From: Candidatus Kuenenia sp.
GTDB taxonomy: Bacteria > Planctomycetota > Planctomycetia > Planctomycetales > Planctomycetaceae
DNA: 40,907 bases
Reading direction: 5' to 3'
NCBI GenBank assembly: GCA_043737515.1
Contig: JAYTAK010000387.1
Coordinates: 1-40,907, forward strand
The notes under the pieces are model-generated. The model was not told the origin of the DNA, ran no database searches, and saw only the letters and a program-made list of their open reading frames with translations. Shown here piece by piece: positions 37,769 through 40,907 of this stretch (its first letter is position 1; every line of letters starts with the position of its first letter). A program made the translations under genes and the position numbers.

Positions 37769-37947
37769 TCGATCAATTCATTTTGCTTTTTAACGTGCTG
37801 AACGATAGCCTTCCGCTGCATTCTGATCGTTCGTAGTTTGCCGACAGCGCCAGTGAGTTGGCACTAAGACACGGTGCTTTCGGTAGGGCGCTATCACGAA
37901 TCGGCGAATGTGTTTCAACTTTCTAACCTGATCATCAAAAGTCACCC

Positions 37948-38808
37948 ATGAGCGTTGCAACTGCGTCCGAGTCCGCATTACGAGAGCAGATCATCCAGTT
38001 GGGCCCATGGCATCAGAAGGTCCAGATCTCTCCGACTCTGTCCACAGCCGCTTTTCTGGATGCACCAAAAGGGCTCTATGAAAAACACGGCCCCGTGGCA
38101 TTCATCGATGACCACGATGAATTTCATGAGATGATGCAGGCCGTGTACCCGAAAGGCGTGGCGGGGAAAAGTCTCATCGAGGCCGCCTGCAACTGTGGCG
38201 CGTATGCGATCTGGTTCAAGCAGATGGGAGGCCAGCGAGCGTTTGGCTTTGATGCTCGGGATCACTGGATCAACCAGGCAAAGTTTCTCAGGCAACATGT
38301 GCTGAATGGTGGTGACGAGAGTCTGCGTTTCGAAGTTTCAGACTTGTACGCAGTTCCGTCACTCAACCTTGAACCATCCGACATTGGAATGTTCAAGGGG
38401 ATTTTCTACCATCTGCCGGACCCGATCGGTGGCTTGAGAATCGTGGCCGATCTGACGAAAGAACTGTTGATCTTCAATACTTCAACTCGCAGCAGCTTCA
38501 AGCCGGGGCTGGTGCTCTCGCAGGAAAGCATCACCAACGTCATGAGCGGCATTCACGGCGTTAACTGGTTTCCCTCCAGCCCGGACGTGGCGAAAGCCAT
38601 TCTGAAGTCGATGGGCTTCAATGATTTCCGTGTCCTCTTCTGGCACAAACGCCCGAGCCTGCGATTCGGCACGGCGCGGGGACTTAAGATCTTTATCAAG
38701 AATACAATTATGGGAACAGGTCGGATGGAGTTGCTGGCGGCAAGGACAAAAGGCTTCTTCGATGACTTCGATAAATCCGGATTTCGTCGTGTGTATCGCT
38801 GGAACTAG
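37948..38808 (+). CDS. Class I SAM-dependent methyltransferase (DUF1698/Methyltransf_9-like)
   Basis: 286-aa ORF with QLGPWHQKVQI…, GKSLIEAACNCGAYAIWFKQMGGQRAFGFDARDHWINQAKF and GMFKGIFYHLPDP. Confidence 0.6.
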   Translation: MSVATASESALREQIIQLGPWHQKVQISPTLSTAAFLDAPKGLYEKHGPVAFIDDHDEFHEMMQAVYPKGVAGKSLIEAACNCGAYAIWFKQMGGQRAFGFDARDHWINQAKFLRQHVLNGGDESLRFEVSDLYAVPSLNLEPSDIGMFKGIFYHLPDPIGGLRIVADLTKELLIFNTSTRSSFKPGLVLSQESITNVMSGIHGVNWFPSSPDVAKAILKSMGFNDFRVLFWHKRPSLRFGTARGLKIFIKNTIMGTGRMELLAARTKGFFDDFDKSGFRRVYRWN

Positions 38809-38936
38809 TCCCGAATTCACTCCGAAAACCAGGTTCCCTGCGGCTCTCGAAATCCCAGATCGTTTAACGACAAGCCGCAGGCGACCGCGTTCCCTGCACA
38901 CGGCATAACGCTAAGCTACGCTTACTTTTCAAAACA

Positions 38937-39114
38937 TGTTGCAGATGAGTCAAGTTTTGGGTTCGATGGTGGGCCGATCGAATGTAGGATGGACATTCAT
39001 GTCCGTCGCGTGGCCATAAAACATGGTCGAAGCGATGGCTATTTGACCTTGACAGCCGCTCGATAATGCGACCTTGTTTGGTCAATATCTCGGACATGAA
39101 TGTCCAAGCTACAG
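38937..39114. repeat. Copy B of the 178-bp REPIN-like element
   Basis: Co-linear with 1-178 (173/178 identical). Hairpins at 38984-39004 and 39092-39112. Similarity ends at 39114, 8 nt before the FkbM ATG. Confidence 0.9.
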
Positions 39115-39122
39115 GCACACCA

Positions 39123-39845
39123 ATGAGCAAATTCAGCATGATTAAAGATCTTGTCAAACGCACTCTCCTGAAGTTTGGCTACGAACTGCGCAAAAAGCCG
39201 GAGATCGGTTTCAATGCGACTTACCTGCGCCGAATCTGCAATCCACGAACGGTCATTGATGTCGGAGTCGCCAACGGCACCATCGCCCTGCACAACGCAT
39301 TTCCGAAAGCCCGGTTCATTCTGATTGAACCTCTCACAGAGTATAGGGCGTCCATTGAAAAGCTCTGCACGCGATACAACTGTGACGTCCACTACAAAGC
39401 CGTGGGGGAAACTCCGGGCACGGTCGAGTTCAACGTTGACCCCGGAAATCTGGAGAAGAGTTCCTTTTCAAACCGCACGACACAGAATGACAGAGAAACG
39501 CATCTGGAAAAGAAGCTGGTCGAGGTCACCACGCTGGATACGATCTACCTGCAGAATCCAGATCTCCAACGCCCGATTCTACTGAAGATCGACACGGAGG
39601 GACACGAACTTTCAGTGCTGAAAGGATCAACAAAACTCCTGACGTCGGTCGATTTTGTGATTGCTGAATCGTCGATCGCCCGGCGATTTGAAAATGGCTA
39701 CGAGTTTAAGGATATCATCGCGCTGATGGATCAACATGGCTTTGATGTGTTTTCATTGCTCACGATCGAGTGCCTCGAAGGTGAAGTGAGACAACGCTTC
39801 GCCGATGTCGTCTTCCGACGACGTGAGGCCGCTTCGGGCATCTGA
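39123..39845 (+). CDS. FkbM-family SAM methyltransferase
   Basis: ORF 39066-39845, whose first 19 codons read through the repeat, so I use ATG 39123 (MSKFSMIKDLV…). VIDVGVANGTIALHNAFP and …LLKIDTEGHELSVLKGS… parallel 16179-16943. Confidence 0.75.
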   Translation: MSKFSMIKDLVKRTLLKFGYELRKKPEIGFNATYLRRICNPRTVIDVGVANGTIALHNAFPKARFILIEPLTEYRASIEKLCTRYNCDVHYKAVGETPGTVEFNVDPGNLEKSSFSNRTTQNDRETHLEKKLVEVTTLDTIYLQNPDLQRPILLKIDTEGHELSVLKGSTKLLTSVDFVIAESSIARRFENGYEFKDIIALMDQHGFDVFSLLTIECLEGEVRQRFADVVFRRREAASGI

Positions 39846-39944
39846 GGATGCGGTTCATCGACAGATCATACTCCGCGCGGTCAGATGTGAAGTTTTGTGA
39901 GCGGCAAGGCGCTAGCCGCCGGTACTGACCGAATGCACAACCCC

Positions 39945-40073
39945 GTGGGATAAGCTTCCAGCTTGTCAAGTTTTCGTGGGATAAGCTTCCAGCTTGTCAG
40001 GTCTTCCCAAAAAACATCGAGTTTTCATTCCGCGATGGCAAGCTGGAAGCTTACCCCACGTAGAAATCCAGAC
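39945..40073 (-). repeat. Inverted copy of the AAGCTTCCAGCTT REPIN, with one arm tandemly duplicated
   Basis: GTGGGATAAGCTTCCAGCTTGTC at 39945-39967 and again at 39976-39998 (31-bp tandem unit). Inverted partner GGCAAGCTGGAAGCTTACCCCAC at 40037-40059. The reverse complement of 39976-40073 matches 8394-8490 perfectly over both arms (37 and 23 nt), with a diverged spacer. Confidence 0.9.
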
Positions 40074-40360
40074 TCAATCAACAGACCGTAAACGGTAGCG
40101 TGATCAGCAACGTCCTGAAAGGCAACGCCGGACAGGGCAGGGGCATCGCGATTCTGGAACCCTTTCCAGGGTTCAAAGACACCATGCATCCTGGCCTTCG
40201 GCGGCGTTTGTCGCCGGAGCGTCCTCAACACGTCGCTGTCGCCTGCGGCTTGCCATTAAACGAGTCATTGCCGACAGAAAAATGAATCTTGACGCGGGCT
40301 TCCCCCGCAACCCAAAAGGGTCTGTGCATGGATGAAATACCCATCCCACACTCGCCTTCT

Positions 40361-40444
40361 TTCATCCGCAGTCCGGCCTTGCCATCCGCAGGAAGCATTT
40401 CAAGGCCGTTTGCCTGCGGATGGCAGAGCCGAACGGCGGATGAA
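40361..40444. repeat. Long imperfect inverted repeat (32-nt arms, 20-nt loop)
   Basis: TTCATCCGCAGTCCGGCCTTGCCATCCGCAGG (40361-40392) versus CCTGCGGATGGCAGAGCCGAACGGCGGATGAA (40413-40444). The inner 12 bp (GCCATCCGCAGG/CCTGCGGATGGC) pair perfectly. It lies 70 nt upstream of the RAYT remnant. Confidence 0.8.
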
Positions 40445-40513
40445 GGGGCGAACAAAACGGGGACAGGTCCAGAATTGACGTTGGGGGACGTGTGGAACAG
40501 AGTGCTTTGCCTT

Positions 40514-40907
40514 ATGCCGAGAATCAGCCGAATTGTTCCTGGTGGAATGGTGTTTCATGTGCTCAATCGGGGCGTGGGCGACAGCGATTGTTGAGTCGCC
40601 CGTCGGACTACGAAGCGTTTGAGGACGTTGTGGAGAAGACACTCGAAAAGACTCCCATGCGGATCTTGCAGCGATTGTGTGATGCCAATTCACTGGCACT
40701 TTGTCTGATGGCCAGAACATGCTGGGGATTTAGCCGCGTTCATGCAGAGATTTAACCGTGCCAATCTCGTACAGCATGCGGGAGAATGGAAATGGTCCAG
40801 TTTATGGCGCCGCGAACGCGGCACGCTGGAGCAACAGAAATGTCTGGTCGCATGGCCGTTGCCTTGTCCTCGCGGCTGGATGAAATACGTCAATGATCCA
40901 GAAACAG
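40514..40907 (+). pseudogene. Decayed REP-associated tyrosine transposase (RAYT; IS200/IS605-like Y1 transposase), truncated by window end
   Basis: Three frames must be spliced. Frame 1: MPRISRIVPGGMVFHVLNRGVG, then a stop at 40592. Frame 2: RQRLLSRPSDYEAFEDVVEKTLEKTPMRIL. Frame 3: DCVMPIHWHFV, TGA at 40706, then WPEHAGDLAAFMQRF and directly NRANLVQHAGEWKWSSLWRRERG…. The HUH motif (HWH, 40691-40699) is present. The block that carries the catalytic Tyr in intact family members appears deleted. The match to the family consensus is recalled, not searched. Confidence 0.65.

Noticed and set aside
38955-38980. tRNA-like T-loop (GGGTTCGATGG) inside the 178-bp element
   Set aside because: There is no complementary T-stem, acceptor stem or anticodon arm around it, and copy A has GGGTGCGATGG at the same place.
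1-39114. The 178-bp direct repeats as att sites of an integrated genomic island
   Set aside because: No integrase, tRNA or other mobility gene lies between or beside them. The FkbM gene beyond copy B clearly belongs to the glycan locus, so the repeat is inside the functional unit, not at its edge. The internal GTAG-hairpin doublet fits a REPIN better than an att site.
8822-39845. Hidden defence, toxin-antitoxin or secretion system within the locus
   Set aside because: Every ORF over ~180 aa on the coding strand is accounted for by a glycan-assembly family. I saw no nuclease, ATPase/helicase, reverse transcriptase or small paired-ORF signature.

Overview
This is probably a Planctomycetota chromosomal segment. 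I infer that from PSCyt1/PSCyt2/PSD1-domain proteins and a BBP7-like barrel. All family calls are by-eye motif recognition; no searches were run.

Layout:
(i) 1-8.4 kb holds four secreted planctomycete-type proteins.
(ii) 8.8-39.8 kb is a ~31-kb surface-polysaccharide locus. It starts with a Wzc-like tyrosine autokinase, a convergent Wza-like exporter and a (Pro-Ala)14 lipoprotein. Two tandem Wzx/Wzy-type assembly modules follow, each opened by a paralogous polyprenyl-phosphate sugar-phosphate transferase. Totals: 2 initiating transferases, 5 GT4-type glycosyltransferases, 3 Wzy/O-antigen-ligase-like proteins, 2 Wzx flippases, 6 SAM methyltransferases (2 FkbM-type), 2 unrelated PAPS-type sulfotransferases and 1 hexapeptide acyltransferase. 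No nucleotide-sugar, PAPS-synthesis or Wzb phosphatase genes are in the window.
(iii) The non-coding layer has two families of REP-like hairpins with 5' GTAG or GTGG heads, arranged as inverted doublets (REPIN-like). One is a 178-bp element in two 97% identical direct copies (1-178 and 38937-39114). The other (AAGCTTCCAGCTT core) sits at 8394-8490 and, inverted and partly duplicated, at 39945-40073, so it brackets the glycan locus. There is also a 20-bp-stem heptamer-repeat hairpin (5809-5933) and a long hairpin at 40361-40444.
(iv) A frameshifted, internally deleted REP-associated tyrosine transposase (RAYT) pseudogene runs from 40514 to the window end.

I saw no rRNA, tRNA, CRISPR array, intact transposase or integrase, or recognisable defence system, and I did not find a clearly new system. 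The best follow-up candidates are the dual-module sulfated/methylated glycan locus and the REP/RAYT layer that brackets it.
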